Below, one piece after another: positions 1 through 11,240 of a DNA stretch of 64,000 nucleotides (its first letter is position 1; each line of letters opens with the position of its first letter). The position numbers and the translations under genes were made by a program. The notes below the pieces were generated by a model. It was not told the DNA's origin and ran no database searches. It saw nothing but the letters and a program-made list of their open reading frames with translations. This DNA is from Escherichia coli (GTDB lineage Bacteria > Pseudomonadota > Gammaproteobacteria > Enterobacterales > Enterobacteriaceae), in NCBI RefSeq assembly GCF_003018235.1, contig NZ_CP027437.1, one strand, 5' to 3'.

Positions 1-573
1 ATGACCGGGGTTAGCCCGTCAATCGGTAAAACCTTTGTCTGCGCCAACCTGGCGGCGGTGATCAGCCAGACCAATAAACGGGTGTTGTTGATCGACTGCG
101 ATATGCGCAAAGGCTACACCCACGAGCTGCTGGGCACTAATAACGTTAAGGGCCTGTCGGAAATTCTGATTGGTCAGGGCGATATTACTACCGCTGCTAA
201 ACCGACCTCTATTGCCAAATTTGACCTGATCCCGCGCGGTCAGGTGCCGCCAAATCCTTCTGAACTGTTGATGAGCGAACGCTTTGCCGAACTGGTGAAC
301 TGGGCGAGTAAAAACTATGACCTGGTGTTGATTGATACGCCGCCGATTCTGGCAGTGACCGATGCGGCAATTGTTGGTCGTCATGTCGGAACCACGTTAA
401 TGGTGGCGCGTTATGCGGTCAACACCTTGAAAGAAGTGGAAACCAGTCTGAGCCGCTTTGAGCAAAACGGTATTCCGGTGAAAGGGGTGATTCTGAACTC
501 CATCTTCCGCCGCGCCAGCGCGTATCAGGATTATGGCTATTACGAATACGAATATAAGTCGGATGCGAAATAA
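1..573 (+). CDS. wzc: Tyrosine autokinase Wzc, C-terminal kinase domain (5' end cut by window edge)
   Basis: ORF open from base 1; P-loop-like GKT motif and tyrosine-rich tail YGYYEYEYKSDAK typical of BY-kinases; immediately followed by wcaA. Confidence 0.9.
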   Translation: MTGVSPSIGKTFVCANLAAVISQTNKRVLLIDCDMRKGYTHELLGTNNVKGLSEILIGQGDITTAAKPTSIAKFDLIPRGQVPPNPSELLMSERFAELVNWASKNYDLVLIDTPPILAVTDAAIVGRHVGTTLMVARYAVNTLKEVETSLSRFEQNGIPVKGVILNSIFRRASAYQDYGYYEYEYKSDAK

Positions 574-576
574 CGA

Positions 577-725
577 CATCCGCTGTCGGATGCGATGCTG
601 ACGCATCTTATCCGACCTACCTTCACGCCGCATCCGGCAAGCAAACCAGCTCCGTAGGCCGGATAAGGCGCTCACGCCGCATCCGGCAACAGAACCCGTA
701 AACAAGCTTATAAACCGGCAGAACA
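577..725. repeat. REP-type extragenic palindromes between wzc and wcaA
   Basis: Imperfect GC-rich palindromes of the gccggatgcggcg / cgccgcatccggca type. Confidence 0.5.
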
Positions 726-750
726 TCTCGACACTCCGGGAGAACAACCT

Positions 751-1590
751 ATGAAAGATAATCCGCTGATCTCAATCTATATGCCAACCTGGAACCGCCA
801 ACAACTGGCGATTCGGGCGATAAAATCGGTCCTGCGCCAGGACTACAGCAACTGGGAGATGATCATCGTGGATGATTGCTCCACCTCCTGGGAACAACTG
901 CAACAGTACGTCACCGCCCTCAACGATCCGCGTATTACCTACATTCACAACGACATTAACAGCGGGGCGTGCGCGGTACGTAACCAGGCGATTATGCTGG
1001 CGCAAGGGGAATACATTACCGGGATCGATGACGATGATGAATGGACGCCCAACCGCCTGAGCGTCTTCCTCGCCCATAAACAGCAACTGGTCACTCACGC
1101 CTTTTTGTACGCTAACGACTACGTATGCCAGGGAGAAGTTTATTCCCAACCGGCAAGCTTACCACTGTATCCCAAATCGCCGTACTCACGCCGCCTGTTC
1201 TATAAACGCAATATCATTGGCAATCAGGTTTTTACCTGGGCGTGGCGTTTCAAAGAGTGCTTGTTCGATACCGAACTGAAAGCAGCACAGGATTACGACA
1301 TCTTCCTGCGGATGGTGGTGGAGTATGGCGAACCGTGGAAAGTGGAAGAGGCGACGCAGATCCTGCATATCAATCACGGTGAAATGCAGATCACCTCGTC
1401 ACCGAAAAAATTCTCCGGGTACTTCCACTTTTACCGCAAGCACAAAGATAAATTTGACCGTGCAAGCAAAAAATATCAGCTGTTTACCCTCTACCAGATC
1501 CGCAATAAACGTATGACCTGGCGCACTTTGCTGACGCTGCTGTCGGTGCGTAACGGCAAACGTCTGGCTGATGGTATTCGGGGGCGCTAA
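751..1590 (+). CDS. wcaA: Colanic acid glycosyltransferase WcaA (GT2)
   Basis: 279 aa ORF with GT2 N-terminal signature (YMPTWNR ... IIVDDCS), position after wzc. Confidence 0.9.
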   Translation: MKDNPLISIYMPTWNRQQLAIRAIKSVLRQDYSNWEMIIVDDCSTSWEQLQQYVTALNDPRITYIHNDINSGACAVRNQAIMLAQGEYITGIDDDDEWTPNRLSVFLAHKQQLVTHAFLYANDYVCQGEVYSQPASLPLYPKSPYSRRLFYKRNIIGNQVFTWAWRFKECLFDTELKAAQDYDIFLRMVVEYGEPWKVEEATQILHINHGEMQITSSPKKFSGYFHFYRKHKDKFDRASKKYQLFTLYQIRNKRMTWRTLLTLLSVRNGKRLADGIRGR

Positions 1591-1592
1591 AG

Positions 1593-2081
1593 ATGCTGGA
1601 AGATCTGCGTGCCAACAGCTGGAGTTTACGCCCGTGCTGCATGGTTCTTGCCTATCGTGTTGCTCATTTTTGTTCGGTGTGGCGCAAAAAGAACGTCCTC
1701 AACAATCTGTGGGCGGCCCCGCTGCTGGTGCTGTATCGCATTATCACCGAATGCTTTTTCGGTTATGAAATCCAGGCTGCCGCGACCATTGGCCGCCGCT
1801 TTACTATCCATCACGGTTACGCCGTAGTGATCAATAAAAACGTGGTGGCGGGGGATGATTTCACCATTCGCCACGGCGTCACTATCGGCAATCGTGGTGC
1901 CGATAACATGGCATGTCCACACATTGGCAACGGCGTCGAACTCGGTGCCAACGTCATTATTCTTGGTGATATCACGCTTGGTAACAACGTCACCGTGGGC
2001 GCGGGCAGCGTGGTGCTCGACTCTGTCCCGGACAACGCGCTGGTGGTGGGAGAAAAAGCGCGAGTGAAGGTAATTAAATGA
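1593..2081 (+). CDS. wcaB: Colanic acid acetyltransferase WcaB (hexapeptide-repeat)
   Basis: 162 aa ORF with left-handed beta-helix hexapeptide repeats, conserved position. Confidence 0.9.
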   Translation: MLEDLRANSWSLRPCCMVLAYRVAHFCSVWRKKNVLNNLWAAPLLVLYRIITECFFGYEIQAAATIGRRFTIHHGYAVVINKNVVAGDDFTIRHGVTIGNRGADNMACPHIGNGVELGANVIILGDITLGNNVTVGAGSVVLDSVPDNALVVGEKARVKVIK

Positions 2082-3295
2082 ATATTCTGCAATTTAATGT
2101 GCGACTGGCGGAAGGCGGGGCGGCAGGTGTGGCGTTAGATCTCCATCAGCGTGCGCTGCAACAGGGGCTGGCGTCACATTTTGTCTACGGCTACGGCAAA
2201 GGCGGCAAAGAGAGCGTCAGCCATCAGAACTATCCGCAGGTCATCAAACATACGCCGCGGATGACCGCGATGGCGAACATTGCGTTGTTTCGTCTGTTTA
2301 ATCGCGATCTGTTCGGCAATTTCAATGAGTTATATCGCACCATTACTCGCACCCCGGGGCCGGTGGTTCTGCATTTTCATGTGCTGCACAGCTACTGGCT
2401 AAATCTTAAGAGCGTGGTGCGCTTTTGCGAAAAGGTGAAAAACCATAAACCGGATGTCACTCTGGTCTGGACGCTGCACGACCACTGGAGCGTTACCGGG
2501 CGCTGCGCCTTTACCGACGGTTGTGAAGGCTGGAAAACGGGCTGCCAGAAATGCCCGACCTTAAATAACTATCCGCCGGTGAAGATTGATCGCGCGCACC
2601 AGCTGGTGGCGGGCAAACGCCAGTTATTTCGTGAGATGCTGGCGCTGGGCTGTCAGTTTATTTCCCCCAGCCAGCATGTGGCTGACGCTTTCAATAGTCT
2701 GTACGGGCCAGGGCGTTGCCGGATTATCAATAATGGTATTGATATGGCAACCGAAGCGATTCTGGCGGACTTGCCTCCGGTGCGCGAAACCCAGGGCAAG
2801 CCGAAAATCGCGGTGGTGGCGCATGACCTGCGTTACGACGGCAAGACTAACCAGCAACTGGTGCGTGAGATGATGGCGCTGGGCGACAAAATTGAACTGC
2901 ATACCTTCGGTAAGTTCTCGCCGTTCACCGCTGGCAACGTGGTTAATCACGGCTTTGAAACCGACAAACGTAAGCTGATGAGCGCGCTCAATCAGATGGA
3001 TGCGCTGGTGTTCAGTTCTCGCGTCGATAACTACCCGCTGATTTTGTGTGAGGCGCTATCGATTGGCGTGCCGGTGATTGCCACCCATAGCGATGCGGCG
3101 CGTGAAGTGCTGCAAAAATCCGGCGGTAAAACCGTCAGTGAAGAAGAGGTGCTGCAACTGGTGCAGTTAAGCAAACCGGAAATCGCGCAGGCGATATTTG
3201 GTACCACGCTGGCTGAGTTCAGCCAACGCAGCCGCGCCGCCTACAGTGGACAACAGATGCTGGAGGAGTATGTCAACTTCTATCAGAATCTGTAG
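2078..3295 (+). CDS. wcaC: Colanic acid glycosyltransferase WcaC (GT4)
   Basis: 405 aa ORF, start overlaps wcaB stop, GT-B type. Confidence 0.9.
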   Translation: MNILQFNVRLAEGGAAGVALDLHQRALQQGLASHFVYGYGKGGKESVSHQNYPQVIKHTPRMTAMANIALFRLFNRDLFGNFNELYRTITRTPGPVVLHFHVLHSYWLNLKSVVRFCEKVKNHKPDVTLVWTLHDHWSVTGRCAFTDGCEGWKTGCQKCPTLNNYPPVKIDRAHQLVAGKRQLFREMLALGCQFISPSQHVADAFNSLYGPGRCRIINNGIDMATEAILADLPPVRETQGKPKIAVVAHDLRYDGKTNQQLVREMMALGDKIELHTFGKFSPFTAGNVVNHGFETDKRKLMSALNQMDALVFSSRVDNYPLILCEALSIGVPVIATHSDAAREVLQKSGGKTVSEEEVLQLVQLSKPEIAQAIFGTTLAEFSQRSRAAYSGQQMLEEYVNFYQNL

Positions 3296-4490
3296 CTACC
3301 TGCTGCTGCCGCTGATCTACCTGCTGGTTAACGTCAAAATCGCCCAGCTTGGTGAAAGTTTCCCCATCACTATCGTCACTTTTTTACCTGTCTTGTTACT
3401 GCTGTTTTTAGAACGCATCAGCGTTAAAAAATTGATGATTGCCTTAGGGATTGGTGCGGGACTCACGGCGTTTAACTATCTGTTTGGTCAGTCGCTGGAT
3501 GCCAGTAAATACGTCACATCAACCATGCTGTTTGTCTATATTGTGATCATTATTGGCATGGTGTGGAGTATTCGTTTTAAAACAATTTCGCCACACAACC
3601 ATCGCAAGATATTACGTTTCTTTTATCTGGTGGTCGGGCTGGTGGTGGCGCTGGCGGCGGTGGAGATGGCGCAAATTATCCTCACCGGCGGCAGCAGTAT
3701 TATGGAGTCGATTTCGAAATATCTGATTTACAGCAACAGCTATGTACTGAATTTCATTAAATTCGGCGGCAAGCGCACGACAGCACTTTATTTCGAACCG
3801 GCATTTTTCGCTCTGGCATTAATCTCAATTTGGCTCAGCATCAAACAGTTTGGTATCAAAACGCCTAAAACCGATGCTATGATTCTCGCAGGGATAATAT
3901 TATCCGGATCGTTTTCAGGGGTTATGACCTTTATCCTGTTTTATTTGCTGGAGTGGGCATTCCAATATCTGAATAAAGAGGCGATTAAGAAAAAGTTACC
4001 GTTAGCATTGATTTCTCTGGCTGTATTCCTGGTTGGTGTGGTAATCGCGTTTCCTTATATTTCCACCCGTCTGGGCGATTTAGGTACGGAAGGATCGTCA
4101 TCGTATTATCGTATTGTCGGTCCGCTGGTGATGGTCGGTTATTCTTTGACCCATATTGACGGTGTAGTCAGATTTGGCTCACTTTATGAATATGTCGCAT
4201 CATTCGGAATATTTAACGGTGCGGATGTCGGAAAAACCATAGACAATGGTTTGTATCTGCTGATTATTTATTTTTCCTGGTTCGCGGTGTTTTTATCGCT
4301 GTGGTACATGGGGAAAGTGATAAAAATGATGATCAACGCTTTTGGTGATAACCGCAATTTTCGCGTGCAATTATATCTTTTTACTCCGGTATCGCTGTTT
4401 TTTACCGGTTCGATATTTAGCCCGGAATATGCATTTTTAATCGTCTGTCCGTTTATTTTGCGAAAAGCGTTAAATATACACCCTAAATAA
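3270..4490 (+). CDS. wcaD: Colanic acid polymerase WcaD (Wzy-like)
   Basis: Polytopic membrane protein; start set at internal ATG 3270 (MSTSIRICSYLLLPL) because the longer track ORF overlaps wcaC. Confidence 0.85.
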   Translation: MSTSIRICSYLLLPLIYLLVNVKIAQLGESFPITIVTFLPVLLLLFLERISVKKLMIALGIGAGLTAFNYLFGQSLDASKYVTSTMLFVYIVIIIGMVWSIRFKTISPHNHRKILRFFYLVVGLVVALAAVEMAQIILTGGSSIMESISKYLIYSNSYVLNFIKFGGKRTTALYFEPAFFALALISIWLSIKQFGIKTPKTDAMILAGIILSGSFSGVMTFILFYLLEWAFQYLNKEAIKKKLPLALISLAVFLVGVVIAFPYISTRLGDLGTEGSSSYYRIVGPLVMVGYSLTHIDGVVRFGSLYEYVASFGIFNGADVGKTIDNGLYLLIIYFSWFAVFLSLWYMGKVIKMMINAFGDNRNFRVQLYLFTPVSLFFTGSIFSPEYAFLIVCPFILRKALNIHPK

Positions 4491-4570
4491 TTCGAGTTGC
4501 AGGAAGTTGGTGAGCGAGGAAAACCAACGCACATGCAGCTTGAAGTATGACGGGGATAACGAGGTAAAAC

Positions 4571-5317
4571 ATGTTGCTTAGCATAATCACTGTCGCGTTT
4601 CGTAACCTCGAAGGGATAGTCAAAACACATGCCTCGCTGGCGCATCTGGCGCAGGCGGAAGATATCAGCTTCGAATGGATTGTTGTCGATGGCGGTTCCA
4701 ATGACGGCACCCGTGAGTACCTGGAAAATCTAAATGGTATCTATAACCTACGCTTTGTCAGCGAGCCAGATAACGGTATCTACGACGCCATGAACAAAGG
4801 CATTGCGATGGCACAAGGCAAGTTCGCGTTGTTTCTCAACTCGGGCGATATTTTTCATCAGGATGCCGCAAATTTTGTCCGTAAGTTAAAAATGCAAAAA
4901 GATAACGTGATGATCACCGGCGATGCGCTGCTGGATTTTGGCGACGGGCATAAAATTAAACGTAGCGCCAAACCGGGTTGGTATATTTATCACAGCCTGC
5001 CCGCCAGTCATCAGGCGATATTTTTCCCGGTATCCGGCCTGAAAAAATGGCGTTATGACCTGGAATATAAAGTTTCTTCCGATTACGCGCTGGCAGCCAA
5101 AATGTATAAAGCCGGTTATGCATTTAAAAAACTCAATGGCCTGGTGTCTGAATTTTCTATGGGTGGGGTATCAACCACCAATAATATGGAATTGTGTGCT
5201 GACGCCAAAAAAGTCCAACGGCAGATATTACATGTACCTGGCTTCTGGGCAGAATTATCCTGGCATTTACGCCAACGTACGACAGGTAAGACTAAAGCCT
5301 TATATAACAAAGTCTGA
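4571..5317 (+). CDS. wcaE: Colanic acid glycosyltransferase WcaE (GT2)
   Basis: 248 aa ORF with GT2 motifs (IITVAFRN ... [10 protein letters not shown]). Confidence 0.9.
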   Translation: MLLSIITVAFRNLEGIVKTHASLAHLAQAEDISFEWIVVDGGSNDGTREYLENLNGIYNLRFVSEPDNGIYDAMNKGIAMAQGKFALFLNSGDIFHQDAANFVRKLKMQKDNVMITGDALLDFGDGHKIKRSAKPGWYIYHSLPASHQAIFFPVSGLKKWRYDLEYKVSSDYALAAKMYKAGYAFKKLNGLVSEFSMGGVSTTNNMELCADAKKVQRQILHVPGFWAELSWHLRQRTTGKTKALYNKV

Positions 5318-5332
5318 ATATAAGGAATACCA

Positions 5333-5881
5333 ATGCAAGATTTAAGCAGTTTCTCGGTGCCGAAAGGGTTCCGGGGCGGCAACGCTATTAAAGTGCAATT
5401 GTGGTGGGCAGTACAGGCAACATTATTTGCCTGGTCGCCACAAGTATTGTATCGCTGGCGGGCATTTTTATTACGTTTATTCGGCGCAAAAATAGGAAAA
5501 AACGTAGTTATTCGTCCGTCAGTAAAAATTACCTATCCGTGGAAATTAACCTTAGGTGATTACGCGTGGGTCGGCGATGACGTCAATTTATATACCCTCG
5601 GTGAAATAACCATTGGCGCATATTCGGTGATATCGCAAAAAAGTTATTTATGCACCGGGAGCCACGACCATGCAAGTCAACATTTCACCATTAACGCCAC
5701 GCCTATTGTGATTGGCGAGAAATGCTGGCTGGCAACCGATGTTTTTGTTGCCCCAGGCGTCACGATTGGCGACGGCACCGTCGTGGGTGCGCGAAGCAGT
5801 GTTTTTAAATCGCTTCCGGCAAATGTGGTTTGCCGGGGGAATCCCGCAGTGGTGATACGCAAACGCGTTGAAACTGAATAA
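5333..5881 (+). CDS. wcaF: Colanic acid acetyltransferase WcaF (hexapeptide-repeat)
   Basis: 182 aa ORF with hexapeptide repeats. Confidence 0.9.
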   Translation: MQDLSSFSVPKGFRGGNAIKVQLWWAVQATLFAWSPQVLYRWRAFLLRLFGAKIGKNVVIRPSVKITYPWKLTLGDYAWVGDDVNLYTLGEITIGAYSVISQKSYLCTGSHDHASQHFTINATPIVIGEKCWLATDVFVAPGVTIGDGTVVGARSSVFKSLPANVVCRGNPAVVIRKRVETE

Positions 5882-5908
5882 ATTCAAAAAAATACAGAGG
5901 AATAAGAC

Positions 5909-7030
5909 ATGTCAAAAGTCGCTCTCATCACCGGTGTAACCGGACAAGACGGTTCTTACCTGGCAGAGTTTCTGCTGGAAAAAGGTTACGAGGTGCATGG
6001 TATTAAGCGTCGTGCATCGTCATTCAACACCGAGCGCGTGGATCACATTTATCAGGATCCGCACACCTGCAACCCGAAATTCCATCTGCATTATGGCGAC
6101 CTGAGTGATACCTCCAACCTGACGCGCATTTTGCGTGAAGTGCAGCCGGATGAAGTGTACAACCTGGGCGCAATGAGCCACGTTGCGGTCTCTTTTGAGT
6201 CACCGGAATATACCGCTGACGTCGACGCGATGGGTACGCTGCGCCTGCTCGAGGCGATCCGCTTCCTCGGTCTGGAAAAGAAAACCCGTTTCTATCAGGC
6301 TTCCACCTCTGAACTGTATGGTCTGGTGCAGGAAATTCCGCAGAAAGAAACCACGCCGTTCTACCCGCGATCTCCGTATGCGGTCGCCAAACTGTACGCC
6401 TACTGGATCACCGTTAACTACCGCGAATCCTACGGCATGTACGCCTGTAACGGTATTCTCTTCAACCATGAATCCCCGCGCCGCGGCGAAACCTTCGTTA
6501 CCCGCAAAATTACCCGCGCAATCGCCAACATCGCCCAGGGGCTGGAGTCGTGCCTGTACCTCGGCAATATGGATTCCCTGCGTGACTGGGGCCATGCCAA
6601 AGACTACGTAAAAATGCAGTGGATGATGCTGCAACAGGAACAGCCGGAAGATTTCGTTATCGCGACCGGCGTTCAGTACTCCGTGCGTCAGTTCGTGGAA
6701 ATGGCGGCAGCACAGCTGGGCATCAAACTGCGCTTTGAAGGCACGGGCGTTGAAGAGAAGGGCATTGTGGTTTCCGTCACCGGGCATGACGCGCCGGGCG
6801 TTAAACCGGGCGATGTGATTATCGCCGTTGACCCGCGTTACTTCCGTCCGGCAGAAGTTGAAACGCTGCTCGGCGACCCGACCAAAGCGCACGAAAAACT
6901 GGGCTGGAAACCGGAAATCACCCTCAGAGAGATGGTGTCTGAAATGGTGGCTAATGACCTCGAAGCGGCGAAAAAACACTCTCTGCTGAAATCTCACGGC
7001 TACGACGTGGCGATCGCGCTGGAGTCATAA
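5909..7030 (+). CDS. gmd: GDP-mannose 4,6-dehydratase
   Basis: 373 aa; N-terminal Rossmann motif [13 protein letters not shown]-type. Confidence 0.95.
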
Positions 7031-7032
7031 GC

Positions 7033-7998
7033 ATGAGTAGACAACGCATTTTTATTGCTGGCCATCGCGGGATGGTCGGTTCCGCCATCAGGCGGCAGCT
7101 CGAACAGCGCGGTGATGTGGAGCTGGTATTACGCACCCGCGACGAGCTGAACCTGCTGGACAGCCGCGCCGTGCATGATTTCTTTGCCAGCGAACGTATT
7201 GACCAGGTCTATCTGGCGGCGGCGAAAGTGGGCGGCATTGTTGCCAACAACACGTATCCGGCGGATTTCATCTATCAGAACATGATGATTGAGAGCAACA
7301 TCATTCACGCCGCGCATCAGAACGACGTGAACAAACTGCTGTTTCTCGGATCGTCCTGTATCTACCCGAAACTGGCAAAACAGCCGATGGCAGAAAGCGA
7401 GTTATTGCAGGGCACGCTGGAGCCGACCAACGAGCCTTACGCCATTGCCAAAATCGCCGGGATCAAACTGTGCGAATCTTACAACCGCCAGTATGGACGC
7501 GATTACCGCTCGGTCATGCCGACCAACCTGTATGGCCCGCATGACAACTTCCACCCGAGTAATTCGCATGTGATCCCTGCATTGCTGCGTCGCTTCCACG
7601 AGGCGACGGCACAGAATGCGCCGGACGTGGTGGTGTGGGGCAGCGGTACACCGATGCGCGAATTTCTGCACGTCGATGATATGGCGGCGGCGAGCATTCA
7701 TGTGATGGAGCTGGCGCATGAAGTCTGGCTGGAGAACACCCAACCGATGCTGTCGCACATTAACGTCGGCACGGGCGTTGACTGCACTATCCGCGAGCTG
7801 GCGCAAACCATCGCCAAAGTGGTGGGTTACAAAGGGCGGGTGGTTTTTGATGCCAGCAAACCAGATGGCACACCGCGCAAACTGCTGGATGTGACGCGCC
7901 TGCATCAGCTTGGCTGGTATCACGAAATCTCACTGGAAGCGGGGCTTGCCAGCACTTACCAGTGGTTCCTTGAGAATCAAGACCGCTTTCGGGGGTAA
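7033..7998 (+). CDS. fcl: GDP-L-fucose synthase
   Basis: 321 aa; GHRGMVGSA Rossmann motif; follows gmd. Confidence 0.95.
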   Translation: MSRQRIFIAGHRGMVGSAIRRQLEQRGDVELVLRTRDELNLLDSRAVHDFFASERIDQVYLAAAKVGGIVANNTYPADFIYQNMMIESNIIHAAHQNDVNKLLFLGSSCIYPKLAKQPMAESELLQGTLEPTNEPYAIAKIAGIKLCESYNRQYGRDYRSVMPTNLYGPHDNFHPSNSHVIPALLRRFHEATAQNAPDVVVWGSGTPMREFLHVDDMAAASIHVMELAHEVWLENTQPMLSHINVGTGVDCTIRELAQTIAKVVGYKGRVVFDASKPDGTPRKLLDVTRLHQLGWYHEISLEAGLASTYQWFLENQDRFRG

Positions 7999-8480
7999 TG
8001 ATGTTTTTACGTCAGGAAGACTTTGCCACTGTAGTGCGCTCCACTCCGCTTGTCTCTCTCGACTTTATTGTCGAGAACAGTCGCGGCGAGTTTCTGCTTG
8101 GCAAAAGAACCAACCGCCCGGCGCAGGGTTACTGGTTTGTGCCGGGAGGGCGCGTGCAGAAAGACGAAACGCTGGAAGCCGCATTTGAGCGGCTGACGAT
8201 GGCGGAACTGGGGCTGCGTTTGCCGATAACAGCAGGCCAGTTTTACGGTGTCTGGCAGCACTTTTATGACGATAACTTCTCCGGCACGGATTTCACCACT
8301 CACTATGTGGTGCTCGGTTTTCGCTTCAGAGTCGCTGAAGAAGATCTGCTACTGCCGGATGAGCAGCATGACGATTACCGCTGGCTGACGCCGGACGCGC
8401 TGCTCGCCAGTAACGATGTTCACGCTAACAGCCGCGCCTATTTTCTCGCTGAGAAGCGAGCCGGAGTACCCGGATTATGA
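7998..8480 (+). CDS. gmm: GDP-mannose mannosyl hydrolase (Nudix)
   Basis: 160 aa Nudix-like ORF in the wcaH position. Confidence 0.9.
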   Translation: MMFLRQEDFATVVRSTPLVSLDFIVENSRGEFLLGKRTNRPAQGYWFVPGGRVQKDETLEAAFERLTMAELGLRLPITAGQFYGVWQHFYDDNFSGTDFTTHYVVLGFRFRVAEEDLLLPDEQHDDYRWLTPDALLASNDVHANSRAYFLAEKRAGVPGL

Positions 8481-9700
8481 AAATACTGGTCTACGGCATT
8501 AACTACTCGCCGGAGTTAACGGGCATCGGCAAATACACCGGAGAGATGGTGGAATGGCTTGCGGCACAAGGTCATGAGGTGCGGGTCATTACCGCACCGC
8601 CTTACTACCCGCAATGGCAGGTGGGTGAGAACTATTCCGCCTGGCGCTACAAACGAGAAGATGGGGCCGCCACGGTGTGGCGCTGCCCGCTGTACGTGCC
8701 AAAACAGCTGAGCACCCTGAAACGCTTGTTGCATCTCGGCAGTTTTGCCGTCAGCAGTTTCTTTCCACTGATGGCGCAACGTCGCTGGAAGCCGGATCGC
8801 ATTATTGGCGTAGTGCCAACGCTGTTTTGCACGCCGGGAATGCGCCTGCTGGCGAAGCTCTCTGGTGCGCGTACCGTGCTGCATATTCAGGATTACGAAG
8901 TGGACGCCATGCTGGGGCTGGGCCTTGCCGGAAAAGGCAAAGGCGGCAAAGTGGCACAGCTGGCAACGGCGTTCGAACGTAGCGGACTGCATAACATCGA
9001 TAACGTCTCCACGATTTCGCGTTCGATGATGAATAAAGCCATCGAAAAAGGCGTGGCGGCGGATAACGTCATTTTCTTCCCCAACTGGTCGGAAATTGCC
9101 CGTTTTCAGCATGTTGCAGACGCCGATGTTGATGCCCTTCGTAACCAGCTTGGCCTGCCGGATAACAAAAAAATCATTCTTTACTCCGGCAATATTGGTG
9201 AAAAGCAGGGGCTGGAAAACGTTATTGAAGCTGCCGATCGTCTGCGCGATGAACCGCTGATTTTTGCCATTGTCGGGCAGGGCGGCGGCAAAGCGCGGCT
9301 GGAAAAAATGGCGCAGCAGCGTGGACTGCGCAACATGCAATTTTTCCCGCTGCAATCGTATGACGCTTTACCCGCACTGCTGAAGATGGGCGATTGCCAT
9401 CTGGTGGTGCAAAAACGCGGCGCGGCAGATGCCGTATTGCCGTCGAAACTGACCAATATTCTGGCGGTAGGCGGTAACGCGGTGATTACTGCTGAAGCCC
9501 ACACAGAACTGGGACAGCTTTGCGAAACCTTTCCGGGCATTGCGGTTTGCGTAGAACCGGAATCGGTCGAGGCGCTGGTGGCGGGGATTTGCCAGGCGCT
9601 CCTGCTGCCCAAACACAACACGGTGGCACGTGAATATGCCGAACGCACGCTCGATAAAGAGAACGTGTTACGTCAATTTATAAATGATATTCGGGGATAA
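8477..9700 (+). CDS. wcaI: Colanic acid glycosyltransferase WcaI (GT4)
   Basis: 407 aa GT-B ORF. Confidence 0.9.
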   Translation: MKILVYGINYSPELTGIGKYTGEMVEWLAAQGHEVRVITAPPYYPQWQVGENYSAWRYKREDGAATVWRCPLYVPKQLSTLKRLLHLGSFAVSSFFPLMAQRRWKPDRIIGVVPTLFCTPGMRLLAKLSGARTVLHIQDYEVDAMLGLGLAGKGKGGKVAQLATAFERSGLHNIDNVSTISRSMMNKAIEKGVAADNVIFFPNWSEIARFQHVADADVDALRNQLGLPDNKKIILYSGNIGEKQGLENVIEAADRLRDEPLIFAIVGQGGGKARLEKMAQQRGLRNMQFFPLQSYDALPALLKMGDCHLVVQKRGAADAVLPSKLTNILAVGGNAVITAEAHTELGQLCETFPGIAVCVEPESVEALVAGICQALLLPKHNTVAREYAERTLDKENVLRQFINDIRG

Positions 9701-9702
9701 TT

Positions 9703-11139
9703 ATGGCGCAGTCGAAACTCTATCCAGTTGTGATGGCAGGTGGCTCCGGTAGCCGCTTATGGCCGCTTTCCCGCGTACTTTACCCCAAGCAGTTTTTATG
9801 CCTGAAAGGCGATCTCACCATGCTGCAAACCACCATCTGCCGCTTGAACGGCGTGGAGTGCGAAAGCCCGGTGGTGATTTGCAATGAGCAGCACCGCTTT
9901 ATTGTCGCGGAACAGCTGCGTCAACTGAACAAACTCACCGAGAACATTATTCTCGAACCGGCAGGGCGTAACACTGCACCGGCCATTGCGCTGGCGGCGC
10001 TGGCGGCAAAACGTCATAGCCCGGAGAGCGACCCGTTAATGCTGGTGCTGGCGGCGGATCATGTGATTGCCGATGAAGACGCATTCCGCGCCGCCGTGCG
10101 TAACGCCATGCCGTATGCCGAAGCAGGCAAGCTGGTGACCTTCGGCATTGTGCCGGATCTACCTGAAACCGGATATGGCTATATTCGTCGCGGTGAAGTG
10201 TCTGCGGGTGAGCAGGATACGGTGGCCTTTGAAGTGGCGCAGTTTGTCGAAAAACCGAATCTGGAAACCGCTCAGGCCTATGTGGCAAGCGGCGAATATT
10301 ACTGGAACAGCGGTATGTTCCTGTTCCGCGCCGGACGCTATCTCGAAGAACTGAAAAAATATCGCCCGGATATTCTCGATGCCTGTGAAAAAGCGATGAG
10401 CGCCGTCGATCCGGATCTCGATTTTATTCGCGTGGATGAAGAAGCGTTTCTCGCCTGCCCGGAAGAGTCGGTGGATTACGCGGTCATGGAACGTACGGCA
10501 GATGCCGTTGTGGTGCCGATGGATGCGGGCTGGAGCGATGTCGGTTCCTGGTCTTCATTATGGGAGATCAGCGCCCACACCGCCGAGGGCAACGTTTGCC
10601 ACGGCGATGTGATTAATCACAAAACTGAAAACAGCTACGTGTATGCCGAATCTGGCCTTGTCACCACCGTCGGGGTGAAAGATTTGGTGGTAGTGCAGAC
10701 CAAAGATGCGGTGCTGATTGCTGACCGTAACGCGGTGCAGGATGTGAAAAAAGTGGTCGAGCAGATCAAAGCCGATGGTCGCCATGAGCATCGGGTGCAT
10801 CGCGAAGTGTATCGTCCGTGGGGCAAATATGACTCTATCGACGCGGGCGACCGCTACCAGGTGAAACGCATCACCGTGAAACCGGGCGAAGGCTTGTCGG
10901 TACAGATGCATCATCACCGCGCGGAACACTGGGTGGTTGTCGCGGGAACGGCAAAAGTCACTATCGACGGTGATATCAAACTGCTTGGTGAAAACGAGTC
11001 GATTTATATTCCGCTGGGGGCGACGCACTGCCTGGAAAATCCGGGGAAAATTCCGCTCGATTTAATTGAAGTGCGCTCCGGCTCTTATCTCGAAGAGGAT
11101 GATGTGGTGCGCTTCGCGGATCGCTACGGACGGGTGTAG
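9703..11139 (+). CDS. cpsB: Mannose-1-phosphate guanylyltransferase
   Basis: 478 aa; N-terminal nucleotidyltransferase motif [15 protein letters not shown] and C-terminal cupin-like region. Confidence 0.95.
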   Translation: MAQSKLYPVVMAGGSGSRLWPLSRVLYPKQFLCLKGDLTMLQTTICRLNGVECESPVVICNEQHRFIVAEQLRQLNKLTENIILEPAGRNTAPAIALAALAAKRHSPESDPLMLVLAADHVIADEDAFRAAVRNAMPYAEAGKLVTFGIVPDLPETGYGYIRRGEVSAGEQDTVAFEVAQFVEKPNLETAQAYVASGEYYWNSGMFLFRAGRYLEELKKYRPDILDACEKAMSAVDPDLDFIRVDEEAFLACPEESVDYAVMERTADAVVVPMDAGWSDVGSWSSLWEISAHTAEGNVCHGDVINHKTENSYVYAESGLVTTVGVKDLVVVQTKDAVLIADRNAVQDVKKVVEQIKADGRHEHRVHREVYRPWGKYDSIDAGDRYQVKRITVKPGEGLSVQMHHHRAEHWVVVAGTAKVTIDGDIKLLGENESIYIPLGATHCLENPGKIPLDLIEVRSGSYLEEDDVVRFADRYGRV

Positions 11140-11240
11140 CAGTTGAATAATCAACCGGAATAAATCTCCGGCAAATAACGACAAAAACAAAATTGGCCGC
11201 TTCGGTCAGGGCCAACTATTGCCTGAAAAAGGGTAACGAC

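Noticed and set aside
19-384. Antisense ORF inside wzc; likewise the long antisense ORFs inside gmd/fcl (6200..6997), wcaI (8516..9355), wcaK (16256..16978), plaP (53264..53905) and the his genes
   Set aside because: They lie wholly within well-supported genes on the opposite strand in GC-rich DNA, have no recognisable motifs or RBS, and have the composition expected of shadow ORFs.
3198-3269. N-terminal extension of wcaD overlapping the wcaC 3' end (and similar track extensions on cpsG, galF, hisD, hisG, sbcB, yeeY, yeeX)
   Set aside because: Internal start codons give proteins of the expected length with better RBS placement; the extensions overlap upstream genes or lack homology.
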